A DNA stretch of 64,000 nucleotides from the human T2T-CHM13v2.0 reference genome, Homo sapiens. The stretch's first letter is position 1, and each line of letters starts with the position of its first letter. Positions 12,376-28,194 of the stretch are shown here, in pieces. The stretch lies in the NCBI RefSeq assembly GCF_009914755.1, contig NC_060930.1; one strand, given 5' to 3'. A program made the position numbers and the translations under genes. The notes beneath the pieces were generated by a model. That model was not told where the DNA came from. It saw only the letters and a list, made by a program, of their open reading frames with translations, and ran no database searches.

Positions 12376-12913
12376 TTGTTTGAGTTACTTAAGTGTGCAC
12401 AAGAAAGTACCTCAAAATTTAGTGGCCTTAAAAACAACATTGATTTTGCTCACAAATCTGCAATCTGAGCAGGGCTTGATGGGGGCAGCTTATGTTTGTT
12501 GCACTTCATGTCCAGTGAGGTGGCTCAAGAGCTGGGGCTGGTGTTATCTGAGGGCTCTCTCACTTGCCTGCCTGATGCCCAGGCTGGGAGACCCAAACAG
12601 CTGGGGCTGGAACAACTGTGCTTCCTCAGGCATCCTTTGCTCTCTGTGTAGCCTCTTCTCATGGTGTATCCCGTGTGGAAGCTTCAGAAGATCCAGACTT
12701 CTTATACGTGAACTTAAGGTTCCCAAGGCTTGTGGCTGGCAAAGAGCAGGGATGGGGAGGGAGAGAGGAAACTGTATCACCTTTCATGACAGCCTTAGAA
12801 GTACACAGAGTCACTAGCCAGTCCATTTTTACAGGGGGTGGCGGAGGACTAGAATCCATTCACCTTGTTGGAGGGAGTGTCAAAGAGGTTCTGAATATTT
12901 TTTAAAACTACCA
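12376..12913 (-). mobile_element. MLT1 (MaLR; MLT1G/H-like) LTR
   Basis: CTCAAAATTTAGTGGCCTTAAAAACAAC...GCTCACAAATCTGCAATCTGAGCAGGGCT...TTTTTAAAACTACCA. Confidence 0.75.
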
Positions 12914-13864
12914 GGGGACCTAACAAACTAAACAGTTAGCAACTGAATAGTTGAATAAATAAATAGGGAAGGGCAAATCACTCTTAGAAAGGTCATAAAA
13001 ATCTATTAATACTAATCGCTTGTTTCCACAGTGTCACATTACAGACCTATCTCATTCTTGAAATATGCCTAGTAAAGAAAATGCATACGTTCTTTGTGTT
13101 CAATAAATGTTTATTGGCTGAATGAGTTTAGCAAGTCATGAATATTTTCCTACATCCATGAATATTTTATAGCATATATTTAAAGGATTGCATTGGGGTT
13201 ATATAATTATTTATTTAACCAATCTCTAGTTACTCATTATTAGATATTTAGATTATTAATTTTGCTGTGTAGATAATTCTAAGATTAACATCCTAGAACA
13301 GAAATCTCTATTTTCTTTCAATCAATTTGGACATAAAATTTCTGGATGAAAGGGCTATATATTTTTAAGGTTTTTGGATAGCTACTGCAAAAATGCCCTA
13401 CATTTTTTATGTCCTTGTTGCCTACTGCAAAAACATCTGTCAATTAGCCTGGTAAGCCAAGATATAAATACAGGGTGGAATATCAATATAAGTCTGGAAG
13501 CAAATACATAATAAATTGTTATTGATGTTGTATTACATGATAGAATAATATTACTGATGTTTTCAGATTTTATAGGCATCCTGTTCATTTAGAGGAAAAA
13601 ATGGAAGTAGAAATAGAATTCATTCAAGAAAAGAAAGCCATGAAATCCTATTTGCTTATTAGTGTTGGGCTACCAAGTTGACTCAATATTTCCAGGCAGG
13701 GTGACAACTGAAAGAGAAAATAACAAGTAATAACAGAATTGAAATGTATTTAAGGTAAAAGCAAACTGGTTGCTCACCAGAAGCATGGTTATTTTTGCTC
13801 CTAATTCTAGTGAGAAACTTCTTTGAGAAAGGACACTGTAAAAGTAATGCAGGGAATCCTTACT

Positions 13865-14130
13865 GGCTCTTACTTAGCCACTGTGTCTTATCTGTAAAAC
13901 TGGGGTGATAGCAAGACTGTGATAAAAACTACATGCATTAGTACATGTAAGGTGATTGGAACAATTCATGGCACATAAATACTCTCTATATGCTAGCTGT
14001 TGCATCAAGAACTGACAGTAGAGCAGCAGTTAAGAGACCAGGTCTGTAGTTAGACCACCTGGGTTCAAATCCTAGATCCACCACGTACTAGCTGGTCATT
14101 GGTGTTCATGAAATATTAGCTATGGCGATT
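13865..14130 (+). mobile_element. MIR fragments
   Basis: ATCTGTAAAACTGGGG core; CCTGGGTTCAAATCCTAG...ACTAGCTG head. Confidence 0.7.
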
Positions 14131-15769
14131 ATTAAAAGTCCTATAGTAAGCCTATTAGCAGGTTACCCCAGGGCCACCTTGTAACAGATTCCTGATGTAA
14201 ACAGACACCACACCAAGTTTCAATTCAGTAAAATCAATTATGCAGAAGATACAACTGTGTGGCTCAGTTACAGAGCTCTCTGTAGCTTTAAGAATAAAGG
14301 GGTTAAAAGTTGTAAGAATTGCCCATACATTATTTTTTCAATCCAGCATTAAACTGAAACCCATACCTAATTTGCTTATGACCATAATACTATCATTTTT
14401 AGCTGCTAAAAGTACAAATTTAACCACTGAAGGACTTCTATCATAGAACCCAAAACAAGGCTACCGTGTTTCAAAAAAGAGATTCTGGTTCTGTTTCTCA
14501 ACATGCTGTTGGGTGAGATTTAAATTTTTAATTATTGTTTTCTGAAACACCAATTCACAGTAGTGAATTCACCATGTCACTTTTTCTCAAGTAATGTTAA
14601 TTTTAATAGCTTCACCATACTTCTTAATATAAAAAAAGAAAGATAAAAAAGCACTATGAATCTTGTATATATCTGAAAATATTAAACATATAATATATAA
14701 ATATAATATAAATAATATGTAGAATTCTGCAGCATTTTGAATAGACATAATTAAATATCTAGAATATATTAAAAGATAGACTCTACAACAATGAAGTCCC
14801 TGCCTTCATATGTCCAATAGGAGCAATTCAGTCTACACAGTTTCAGCTCTTCATCTAGGAGGTCAAAAATATGTTCCTATTCACTTGTTTTCTTGAATAA
14901 TGATTCAAAGCTGATATCCAATGCAAAGGCTACTGAAAATGTGGCTGAAAAATAACTTAGAAACACAGAACTGTGTAAAACAAAATGATATTTGTTTGGA
15001 TAGTGTTTCATATCAGTTGTGTGTCTCGATCTAGCATTATTTAATTCCTTTCCCTATTAACTGCTTTGCTATGGCCATTTTTTAAAATTTGCATAATAAT
15101 TTCTCTTAAATTGAATGATTAACAAATATATAGGACTTCATTGTCTCTTAATCTGTTTCTGTTCTTTGAAATGAATTCCTTTCTATTGATCTATTTCTGA
15201 ATTTCTTTAAAATTATGGCCTATGCTTAATATGCTGTGTAAATGTTTTTCATGTTGGAACTGGAAATTGTGCTACCCAATCCCAGCTTTCCTCTAGCTCT
15301 GCTTTTAATTAAAGTTCAATTTTACCCTGTTGTTGGTCATATTATGAGAAGCATTATATAAAATCCAATTTGCATATACTGAAACATTAGAAGCATACCA
15401 GAGGCACTTTTTAGTTATTTAAATTCTAAAATTATTCCCTTATCCCACATCTGGTGAAATCATGTAATGTTCACTTTTCCTATCCTTTGAAACTCCCCTG
15501 TGAGCTGTTAGCATTAGATGAAATCATCCTCAAAGGCTCTGAAAAGAACTTAACTAAACATTTGTACCTCTCACATCATGCGTTCTTGTTTTATTCACAT
15601 ATAAAAACTACAAATTCACCTTAACAATTTAGTTTTACTTATTTCTAAAAGCACAATGGCATTATATTCATACTTAGGAAAATAAGCAAAATTGATTATT
15701 TCTTTGGAATTCTTTCTCCCACACACACATACACACACCTCTAAACACACATTCTAGACCTTGTATATA

Positions 15770-16420
15770 CTCTACTTTGGTTATGACCCCTGTGATTTTA
15801 TATAGCAGAAACCCAACACAACTAATTTAAACAAGAAAAAATTATTTAAAAATTCATATTACCCAAAAGTGCAAGTGTACATTTTTCAGACTTTGATATA
15901 CCCAGGAGCTTTAGCAGCAAGCAACATCATCAGGTCTCAATCTCAATCTCTCTCTCTCTCTCTTCCCCCTCCCTCTCCTACATCCCCCCCCCCCCCCCCC
16001 CCCCCCCGCCCCGGCCCCTTCACGGCCTCCCCTGCTTTTCTTTATTCTTACATAGGCATTTACCTACATGCACATAGAGCATTTACCAGTAGCTTTGGCT
16101 TACAGCCTGCCATCTCAGTGACCACAGTGAAAAATATCATTTCTTCTTGCAGAGTTCCAACAACAGTCTCAGACTGTGCTGCCTTGAATTGAACTGATAT
16201 GTATCAGGTGCTCATGCCTGAACCAAACACTGTGGCCAGAGGGTGAAAGCTACTCATTGAACAGGCCAGGTCCTGTGTATCCCCCAAATCCAGGAGTAGA
16301 GTCAGGCCCACCCAAAACACTTGCACAGAGAGTGGAGATAGAGAGTAGTTCCCAGTAAAACAAATAAAACCTATTGCCAGAAAATGGTGGACTATTCTGG
16401 GAAGGTACATAAAATAAGAG
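15770..16420 (-). mobile_element. MLT1K-like LTR containing a (TC)n/poly-C tract
   Basis: CAGAAACCCAACACAACTAATTTAAACAAG; CCTGAACCAAACACTGTGGCCAGAGGG...CCCACCCAAAACAC. Confidence 0.65.
15984..16007. repeat. Poly-C tract (C24)
   Basis: 24 consecutive C, preceded by (TC)n and followed by GCCCCGGCCCC. Confidence 0.95.
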
Positions 16421-18602
16421 TTCAATACCCTTCATGGATAGTTTGAGAAATCCAGTATCCCTCTAACCTGGATGTGACACTTGGCCTTCTCACTCAACTA
16501 CTGTGCTTAAACAAACCAAACAGTCTGTAAATCAGGTCACTGAAAAATATCTGAAAACAGGTATTGTGTTGAAATATAGACTTCAAGTATTTCTCTTCTC
16601 AAACAGTTGAGTTATCCCCCTATACACATAGCCCCTGACAACCAATGCAGTAGCTTGTTATAGTCAACAGAAACTCACCACCAGTAAAAAATAAGAAACT
16701 CAACACCAGTAAAAAAGAGGGGTAAATAATTCAAGTTAAAATAACATTTATATCACCTATACTCCAAAAACTCGTTCAAATTATAGTAAAAATAATTCTT
16801 CATGTAATCCCATGGCACAAAGTATCATAGAAGAGATGACAGTAAAAATATTTTGGAAGCTGAAAACAGATGGAAAAGAACTGTGAAAGCTGAAAACCAA
16901 GCCAGTATGGAATCTGAGTCCCAGAAGCAAGCCAGATGAAAGCAGAAGGGCCTAAGAGTTAGGGCATCAAGTAGAGTTTAGGTGAGTCTGAAAACAGAAG
17001 AATTAGAAGGAGAGTAGATAGATATCCAGACCTGCTTCCTGATCCAGAGAAGCCTGGGACTGGCATCACAGCATTCAGGTATAGTTTCTGGGGAGGTTGG
17101 ATGAGGGAGACTCTGTGCATGGCATACCATGCATGCTTGAGTGTAAAGACACAATTCTGAAAACACAGTTCTGAAAAGTGAGTCCCAAGCCCTCTTTCCC
17201 TCTCAGGAGTCTGAGAATTCTAAATTTGAGTATGGCTTTCCAAGTGATTAAAAAGGTGTAGTCCTCCTGGTAGAAGGAGGGGAATATATGTAAAAGTTGT
17301 GACTTATCATTTTTGTGTTTCATCATTTTTGTGTTTTTGTTTATCATTCTTGGCTGTCTGCAAGAACACCAACTTTGTAAGAGATTCCACATGCTGTCAT
17401 TGGCATCACCTTCCACAGTCTCCAGAAGGTAGGACTGAAGGGGGTCCCATGGAGCCGTGTGCTCATGGCAGGACCTCTCAGCCTTGCACCTTAGTGGCTA
17501 GAGAAGATCAAGACCAGAATCTCAGCCGGATGGTTCAATATACCCTTAAATGGCCCAATCATATTCTGTTCCCTAGCCCTAAATCACCACTGTGACCTCT
17601 GGAATATAGGGTCAGACACAAACTCAAGCACTGACAAAACCCCTACATCCTCGTCTTCTTTTCCAGAAATTCCCTTCACTTATGGTCCTCAAAGAGACAT
17701 GGCTTCTCCTGAAGCTACAGTTTTCTGTGTTCCCTATTCAAGTAGTGTCTGTTTATCTCCCAATCCCACACACCAGAAGGCCTGGAAGAAAGGAAGGCCA
17801 ACCCTCTGCTCCTCATTGCCATTTCCATTTCCATTTCCATCTATCCCTCCTCCCTCACCCCGCTCAGTTCTTCTGAAGCTCAGGTATTCACAGTCTATTA
17901 TCCACCTCTGTTTATTAGATTCTTCTCCATCTCTGGGTCACTTCTCATATCATGAAGATTTTAGCTCCTAGCTTATGTGACCACTTTCTCCAACTCTACC
18001 CCAGTCATAACACTTCGTTATTTCAATTTGTACCTAATCTATCCCATCCTCTGGCTGCTCAGCTCCTTGAGCTCCTCCCCTCCAGTGATCCTTTCTTCAG
18101 CTCACCTACCCTCAGAATCCTTCTTTATTCCCTTGCATCCATGCTCAGCTCTCTCACTTTGTCATACTCTCTTAGCCAAACACCAGCTCTGCCTGCTCCC
18201 TCCTCACCGCCCCCCCCCCCCACCCCACACACACATATGCAGCTGAATGTGGCTGGAAAAACATCAGGCCACCATGCTGACTGGCCTTACTCTAAGTTTG
18301 TGCTCAATAACTTCACCTTGGCCTTTAGGACTGATCTCTAGCATCATAACACTTCCTTGTTTTGTTTTCAGTCCCATTTTTCTAGATTAACATTTCATAT
18401 CTTCTCCTTTCTCCTCAAACCTCCAACATTTCCATGCCCATTCCCATCCTTCTCCTCAAATGATGCCCTTCCTTCTTATTTCATCAAGTCAATAGACACA
18501 ATTAGAAGAGAGGATCTATGCGCTACTACCAACAAATTTCCTAACCTACCTGCATCTGTATCCTCGTACTCTGCCTTTATTACCATTAAAAATGGATGTG
18601 TG

Positions 18603-18927
<325 letters not shown>

Positions 18928-19075
18928 CTAAGGCCAACTCCTTCAACACTTACTGGATTCCACACGTCCCCCACCCAAACCTACTCAAGAACAAGGGGTC
19001 CAGCAAATGTCTTGTCCCTATACTGAATTATCCATTTTCTCCTCTCAACTAGATTATCACTATTGGCACTTCCTA

Positions 19076-19474
<399 letters not shown>

Positions 19475-21275
19475 TCATTCTGCCACCCTTTCAGCAAAAG
19501 CCTCAAAAGATTATCTAACTGTTTGTATCAAATTTTTCGCCTTCATTCCTTCTTGAATCCACAGCAGTTAGACTTTGGCCCTTGTCAATCAGAACAGATT
19601 TTTCTCTTGTCAGTGCAATGATTAATCCTCAGTCCTCATTTTATTCAATCTGGCGGCCAAATTTGATAGTTATTCAGTCCCTTTCTCCTAAAACACTCCC
19701 TCCTCTTGGTTTCTAAGATATCACTCTCAGTTTTCCTTCTACCTTGCTGAGTATTCCTCATCTGCCTTCTTGGCTGGTTTCTCCTCACCTTCCCAGTCTC
19801 TGACTTGGGACTGACATTAGGACATTCCTTAGCATGCAGTCCTTCTGCAAGTCTTCTGCTTCCTTGTTCTTGCTGTGTATGTTGAATATAACCCTTGAAA
19901 AAGATTTGTGGATACCACTCAATACTGAAAATTATACATTTATCTGCTTACCAAATAAAATAGTGGAAAACAATTTAATGAGGTACATGGTCATACTTAA
20001 AAGGCTTTAATAAAACCAGAGACTGGTAGGAGGTCATTTTAAGAAGTCCTCTGGATTCTGATACTAGGTAATTTTAAAACCATAATTACAGCAAACTCAT
20101 TAAATGCCATTTTTATTTTATAATCTTTTTCTAAAATGTTTATTTCTAGAAAGTTAATATTGGTTACACTGTGCTACAGAAAAAACTCAAAATAGCCTGT
20201 TTGCTCCAATTTTTGGATTTCGAATAAGATTTTTACCCACAAAATGAGAGTCACTAAGACTATATTTTATTAATTAAATTTGAAAATAATGTTCTCTCTT
20301 TTTAAAGACAATTTTAAAAGCCTTAATAGACTGTTCAAAAACCATTTTAAGGATCAGCCTCAGTAATACATGTCAGGTTCATTTGGGGATGGAGTCTTTG
20401 AGATGCCAGACCTGGGTTCCCCTGTGGCTTTACCCAAATGGGAGCCCTAGAACCTCCCTGAACTTTCTGACTCTAACCATCTCTTTATTGGATAGTTTTC
20501 TGTCTGATGGAATGTCATTACTAATCACAGCTGTGTTGTGTTTAGATTTCATCCACTGTCATCCTTTGTGATTACCTTCATTTTGAGTAATACAAACTTT
20601 TCAGCAATTTGTACAAGAATAAAATGTATTTTAAATCAATGCCAGATGAAACTAATGATAAATCTGTGCCAAAGGTCAAAGCTATTCATTGTCACCCATT
20701 GTGTGCAAAATTTGGCCTTTATACTCACTTTTTCTTTTTCAATGTCTTTTACTTTAATACATTAATACGAAATTGATGTTCCAACTGTTTGCTTTTACTG
20801 ACACTTTGAAGTTTAGACTCCAAATATTAATCTATTAAAGAGAACTGATGGGAGTAAAGACAGCAGAAAGTGTTGGTTTATTTGTGTTTTGATTTTCCTC
20901 AGTGGAAGGTATAGAAGTTGAAAAGAAGATTAAGGAGGAGGTGGGGTTTCTATTTGGCCAAAACCAAAAAATAATAAAATAACAAATTAAAAATATTACT
21001 TATAAAGATGTAATACTTCAAAAAATACTTTAAGCTTCTCACTAATACTGCACCTTACCATAGAATAACTACTAACGGTCACATGTTATATGGTTTGCTT
21101 TTAAAGTACTTTTTAAATTATTTACCTTTAATAACTCTATTAATATGTTACAGTTGAGTTATTATGCACATTTTTATCAAGAGAAAGTGTTCTATATTTC
21201 AGTGCATTATATAGAAGTTCTGTTATTTTAATTGTGAATTATACCAGAGAAAACTGTTTTTAAAAGTCTATTTGT

Positions 21276-21582
<307 letters not shown>

Positions 21583-21849
21583 CTACTTGTAAATTACCAC
21601 TACAAACTAATCCCTGTGGTGTTTGAGTAAAATTATCACTTGGCAGAAGTTAACATTTAATAATATTTATGTGATATGCTTTTTATGTCAGTTTTTGTTT
21701 TGCTGCCCAGATTTGACAGTATGCTTTTGCTAATAATATTTTATTTTATTTTGCCAAGAGATAATTAATCTCTACTTTTAAAAATGTATTTTGAAAACAC
21801 TTATTTTACACAACAATTTTATAAGCACCAAACTTTTTATCAATAAAAT

Positions 21850-22830
21850 GCTATTGTTTGGATATTTTCAAAACTTCTGAGAGAAAATAATTTTCAATCC
21901 ACAATTCTATAAGAAGCCAAACTCTCAAACAATTGTGAGGGTAGGACTAAGACATTTTCAAACATGCAGACTTTCAAAACATCTGTTACCCATGCAGCCT
22001 TCCTTTGGACGTTTTCAGAGAATATATTCTAATAAAATGAATGTGCAAACCAATACAGAGGAAGGCATGAGTCCATCAAGCAGGGGATCCAATCACAGGA
22101 AGGAAGGAGTCCAGGGGTGATGATAAAAGCAAATCCAGGGACAACAGGCACAGGCAACAGCCACAAGGACAGAAGTCTCCAGAAGCTGTTCTCCAAGAAA
22201 TAATGCTGGTGATGGACAGCCTGGTAGAGCAGAACATTATATATATATCTGGAGGAGAGTTGGGGGATAAATTAAAAAAAAACACCAAAAATTATTTCGG
22301 GTTGTCATTTTAGGACACCAAAAAATATATATTAGATTATTAGATCCTAAAGAAACAAAGTTATATAAAATAAATCTATTCATAGCATACACTATGTGAT
22401 CTAACTACAAATAAAGTTTACACAGGAATAATAATGTAAGCAGTGAAGGTTGAGCTAGCCAAATATTATTATTTAAATATGTTAGAAAAATGGAGGAAGG
22501 AAAATTGTGTGAGTGTGTGTACATGCTTGCATAAGTATCTGCAATATCTTAGGCCTTTATGGGAGGAAACGAAGAGAGCTCTACCCTCACTTTCCTTAAA
22601 TGGTACATCAGTGGATAACAGCTAACACTGCAAAAGCCAACAATAGCAAAATAATCATATTATTTAGAAATAATGGCAGTAAACTCCAAAAGAAATAGTT
22701 ATAAAAGTTGAAACTGGTCACTTATATGAAGCAGAAATGAGATGTGGGAGTGCTATACTTTTACAGTAAACAAAATGAAACTGTTTAACTATGAAAATAT
22801 GTACAACTTTAATTTAAAAAATAAAACTTT
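21850..22830 (+). mobile_element. HAL1/old L1-like ORF1 3' end and downstream region
   Basis: AATTCTATAAGAAGCCAAACTCTCA...TGTGAGGGTAGGACTAAGACATTTTCAAACATGCA resembles the C-terminal ORF1 text of L1/HAL1. Confidence 0.5.
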
Positions 22831-25149
22831 CTTAAAGGAGAGAAATATAAGAAAAAATACATTCAGAACTCACTTACTCATCCTCACTATTTAGTATTCA
22901 GCTCTACACAGGAGAGAGAAATCTTACAAAAGGGGTTCAAAATATCTTGAATATATAAGTCTTTAGGAAGTGGTAATGAAGTTTTGTGGATGATCATCAA
23001 TGACTCTTCAGAATCAGATGTAGATTAAGGTGTCTTTCCAAGAAAAATGGATTCAGAACTCCACAGTGTTCCACAGACTTCCCAAAACCCATTCACAGAT
23101 GCTTTGGACATCCACATATCATAATTTAAAAACCCTTGTTTTGGAGAAGATAAGAAATATGCAGATATAATGTGAAAGCCTTGAAGTGGCCCACCTGAAA
23201 AGGGTTTCTTTACTCATCTGAGTGAGGTTCATAAAGCTGGCTGTGATCATGCAGCAAGGGGATGAGCCATGACATCTTTTCCTACAAGTCTACTGTTCCC
23301 AGTAGATCTCAGATAAAGCCAGATTCTGAGCCTCTGAAATTATTTCCTGCTCTCAGTGGTATTAAGACCAGAGGACAGTGTTTCCCTCAAGTATTAAATA
23401 GAGCTCTGTGCCAAGAGTTAAAGAAGGCAAACATTGGAAACTTGATGGTACAGGGTCTCCACACATTTTCTCTCCATTGGCAATACTTTGTTTAGTTAGA
23501 AAATGTAGGTCCACAGTTTCATCTTCTGGACCCGATTTGGCCATAAAAGATTAAAGAAACCAAAACCAGATTCTTTTCACATTACAAATGATGAAGGCCC
23601 CATGGAATTTGGTGTACGAATGTTTGCAGTTAACATAGAAAGTCTTCAAAACACTACTGAGGCAAACCAGAATTGGCCAGGAAAACATATTTTCCAGATT
23701 TTGAGTCATTTGTGGGGGTCCATTTTGAGGTTTTTCAGACATATTATAAAAGACATGCAAAGAAAAGAACTATATTAAGAAGCATTAGGTAAAGTGCTGG
23801 TACGGAGTGGCTTTGAACCAGTGAGCTTTCACAGTTGTACAATGACTATCTGTTGAGTAAGACTTTATACCAATCACTCCCTTCAGTAATCTGTAATTCA
23901 TACACAGCCTGCTGCCAGATTAAAGCATGCCAAATAACATTAGTTACAAGAAGCAGAAGAAAATTTGTCTATCTTTTTGTTATACTGGCAGCCCTCCCTA
24001 TCTAAAAGAAAAAAAATTAAGATTTTGCCAGACACATAAAAGAAAAGAAACTTCATTTATTTTTCAGTCTTTTAAGAACTGGTCAATTACAAAGCTGTCC
24101 TTCCTCCAAATGACTTTTTTAAATATAAAAAGCTACAAAAGTACCAATTTTCCATATTTGGGCCTGTATTCAATTGAATTTCACTACAACCCCCCTTAGT
24201 TCCTTGGCGGTTTCCAAAAAAGGCCCTTGTGAACAGGAATATTTAATGAAATTATTTTTCACTACCAGTTTAGAGGCTTCCCACACTAAACAAAACAAAA
24301 AAAGAATCCCAACGGAATTTAGTAAGAAGAATTAAGAATAAACTCTGACAAATTATATATTGATTAATCACATGTAATGAAATTGTAGGGATATAATAAA
24401 AAAAACAAGCCAAATTCTTTACCACTTAAGAGGCACCTCCTCTAATAGCAGTGCAGAGGAGAAGGCTTTCAACCAGTCTCCATAACTGTACTCACTATGC
24501 CCTTCAGAATTATGGAATAGTACCCAGTCATTCCATCTTTCTGGCCCACCTCTCCAGCCCACCTCTCCAGCCCACTTCCCTGTAATCAGAGGCCAAACTG
24601 CTTTGGATATCCATTTTAAATTCTATCAGCTACATTTTAACTAATCTACCTCAGTACCCATAATGGGAAAATTTGCAAGTGGGTGTTTAACAGTACTTTT
24701 AAATAGTGGGGAATGGTGACAGGAACAATAAATGAACTCTTTGTAACTCAGAAGCTCTGTTTTCACTGAGGTCATTAGTGTCCCCTAACCACCAAAGCTT
24801 TTCCCCCGCTTTCTTATTTACTGCTTGCTAACTGTAAGGTGGATAAGGACTGTCAAATCTTTTAGAGTTAGAACTCTCTCTGGCATGGCATGATCAAGAA
24901 TACAAATTTATTTTAGCTCTGTAACCCTAATGCTTTAGTGTCTTGCCTAATTCCTCTTTACTTCAAGTATTTGAAAGATTGCCTTGTGCTTCTGGACCCA
25001 TCTACAGACACTTGGAACAAGTCAAAAACCCAGTCTACATTTCTTGTTTTTCCAAAGTCTCCCCTTGATCATCCTCCAAGAGTACAGCTGAAGCTCTTGG
25101 TTGCCTACACTAAAGCCATTGCTCTTGCTGCCCCTGATTTCATCTAGAT

Positions 25150-25728
25150 AACCTGCTCCCTCAAAAAGCAGCAAATGTCACCAACGTATCACGCCAATCC
25201 CATCCAGCTTGCTATTGACTGGTTTAGGAATAGTCCTGGCTGCAACTTTGCCACTCACTCATCAAGAAAGGTCTGGTAGGAGTTCATAGGAAAGACATGC
25301 CCTTAAAAACAAAGGATTGGAAAGCCACCTACTGGGTATTATGTGCACTATTTGTGTGACAGGTTCACTAGAAGCCCAAATCTCAGCATCATGCAAAATA
25401 TCCATGTAATGAACCTGGACATGTACCCCCTGAATCTAAAATTTTAAACAAAGACACACACTGTCTCTGGGGACACTCTCATGTCTGGGGATAATGCCTG
25501 GGATTGTTGCAGCCTCTCATTACCAGCCCAAGGATAAAGCCAATACTCAGAGGATGACTGGGCCAAGGAATCACAGAGAAGGACAAACAGAGTCTGACAC
25601 ATTGTGCCTGGAACCTGCTCTGCTTCAAGATGTCTGACAATGTGAAATAATGAATCCCCTTATTGTCCAAGATAGTTTGGGCTGAGTTTTCTAAGCCTTT
25701 TTGCAGACAGAGGGTAAATTCCTAGGAC
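25150..25728 (+). mobile_element. MLT1J-like LTR interrupted by a short L1 3' end
   Basis: TGACTGGTTTAGGAAT, CTGGGATTGTTGCAGCC, TGTGAAATAATGAATCCCCTTATTGT. Confidence 0.6.
25316..25447 (+). mobile_element. Severely 5'-truncated L1 (L1PB4/L1MA-like 3' end, ~130 bp)
   Basis: CCTACTGGGTATTATGTGCACTATTTG...CATGTACCCCCTGAATCTAAAA; AAACAAAG on both sides as probable TSD. Confidence 0.8.
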
Positions 25729-27104
25729 CTTCTCTTTGGTCTCTGCTCCGTTTGTTGTTAGCATTCTCACAATCCCCATCCCAGAGTGCCAATAAGCAGT
25801 GAAATAAACCAAAGGGGAAAGACCCATAGGCCAGAATATTCATGACATTTCCCATAATGTCATCTGAAAGAGGCCAGATTTCTTGAAACATCTCAAGATG
25901 TATCTTCAGATAATTCTTGGAAACTAAGTTATAGTAATTCATAATGAAACAGAGTAGCACCCCTACAGAGTGAGTATAGAGTGAACTTGTGGGCAATAAC
26001 CAGTCGATCAATTATTGTCATTTGTGTTGGAGGGTTTAAAGAAAAAAAGTGACAATTTATAAAACAAACAAACAAAAAGAACTCTTCCTAAATCATAGAG
26101 ATAAGGATAAAGTAGGGGGCTATAAATTGAAAAAGAAAAGAAAAGGAATTATAACACAAAGATAATTCTCCCCAATCAAGGGACCTTATGTAGTTTTCTT
26201 GAGAGATTTCACTTCTAAGTCAATCATATGTTAAAATCACCAACACATAAGGGTAATAAACAGCTTTCTTACCAGCAGTATATTCTCAGCATTAAAGTCT
26301 ACAATTCATATGCCTGTAAGTGGACTACTGCACATTGTAGGGGTATCTACAGAGGGCTAGGTTTCCTCAATTTACATTAAAACAAGGTTTCTAACATGAA
26401 CTAAATACACAGTATGGGCCCAGCAGTCAGAGGCAGTATTGGGTTGCTGTGGGCTTTAGCTCTTTGCTAGAATAACCCTCAACACAAGTTAGGAGCAGAG
26501 GACAGTGATCCCACCAGCTCCCTACACTTTGCCTGGAACATCTGAGAGGATGTTATTCTGCTTCCTCCTTTCTTTCCAACAGACAAAATTGACTCTTCAG
26601 ATGGAATTGATAGAAAGTGAACCACCGAGTCTAATGTGGTAAGGAGCTGTAAAAAGATTAGTAATGGCTTTTGGTGGAAAAACAATTATGCTGAATTACA
26701 AACACATCTGCCACACACTCAGCAAACTATCAGAGAAGCCAGATTTTCCTCACATTTTACTTCTTGGACCATTTTCAATTTTCAAATAGAAGATAGTGCT
26801 CTAGTTATTGCTAACATGCATTTTCTTTAAATAAATTCAGAATAAAAGTTAGAAAGCCTGATACTATTTCCCATAGAACTTGTTTTTTTCCCCTCCACTT
26901 ACCCAACAGGAAATAAAAATAACAACCTCTATTTCTATAGTACTTTACAATTTCAAAATTCTTTTATAGGTGTTCATTTGATAAAGAACATTCATTAATC
27001 CATTTGCATTAATTCATCTGATAAAGAACAATAAACTTACCCTCTTTGTAGCTCTGCTTAGAGTAATTCCATAAAGATATGAGTGTGCACTCATGCCTGC
27101 TGCC

Positions 27105-27240
27105 TCATTCATTCAATAAATACTTATGGCCTAATCTGAGGCAGGCACAGTTCTAAAGTCTGAGAATACAGCAGTGGGAAAAAGAAACAGACAAAATCCT
27201 GTCCTCATGGTGTTTACGTCCTCAGGAACACAATAGAATT
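27105..27240 (-). mobile_element. L2 3' end
   Basis: CATTCATTCAATAAATAC...CAGGCACAGTTCTA...ACAGACAAAATCCTGTCCTCATGG. Confidence 0.75.
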
Positions 27241-28194
27241 GTCTGACATATATCAATTTAGTTGTGAGTCCATGAATACCAAATAGCTTAGTTTTTCTGT
27301 ACTGTGTTAAGTAGAGAAGGAGGTTTAAATAATTATTATAAGCAGGAAGACCCAAAAACTAATAAATTGAGGTAGGTTACTGCCTAATAGTATGGGGAAA
27401 GTTTATTAATTCACCATAAGAAAAAACACACTCCTTTGAAGTATTTCTCAAGTAAGAAAATGGATCTTTCCATTTACCATAAATCCAGCACAGAATAATG
27501 AACAGCATGGTACTTCTCACATCCATTCATCACTCACAGATTCATTATCAGTGGAGCATATTACATTTGTTTTCACTTGAATGCTTGCATCAACTTTCAG
27601 GAGATAGTAAAATTATCCAAATTTTCCAGATTAAAACACACACACACACACACACAGACACACAAACTCAGAGAGGTAAGGTAATGTGCCCAGAGTCACA
27701 AATTTTTGGCCTCTATAGTCTCAGACCCAGATTTTTCCACTTGATCTTTCTATTTCTGAGGACCCATGACTCATACGAACTTAAACTTCTCATTTTGAAG
27801 AGATTCCAGGACGAATGCCTTTTCCATTGAACTTCTAAAACATGTTTTCTGTGTACCTCCTGTGACATTTATCATCCCAATCGTCTATTAGGTTTATTGC
27901 ATTCTTGTCCTACACCTTCCTTTGGACTAGAAGGACCTTATGGTCATGCAGTCTGGTTGGTTAAATGAATATGTGACTGTGTTTGCTTGTTTGTTTATTA
28001 AATAGAACAGTGGATTCTACTATGCAGCTCCTCTCATCAAAGGGGAGCTGAAATTGCCCAAGCAATAGATTATCAGAGCAGAACCTTCAGTAGGGCAGTT
28101 CTTTCAGGAAGACAGATCAACAATATTATTATTGAGTACCCACTGCACATCAGGCACAGTTTTGGGTGTTTTTCATGTATTACATGGCAGAAAG

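Noticed and set aside
12380-12905. Overlapping 66-145 aa ORFs
   Set aside because: Inside an MLT1 LTR with no protein similarity I recognise.
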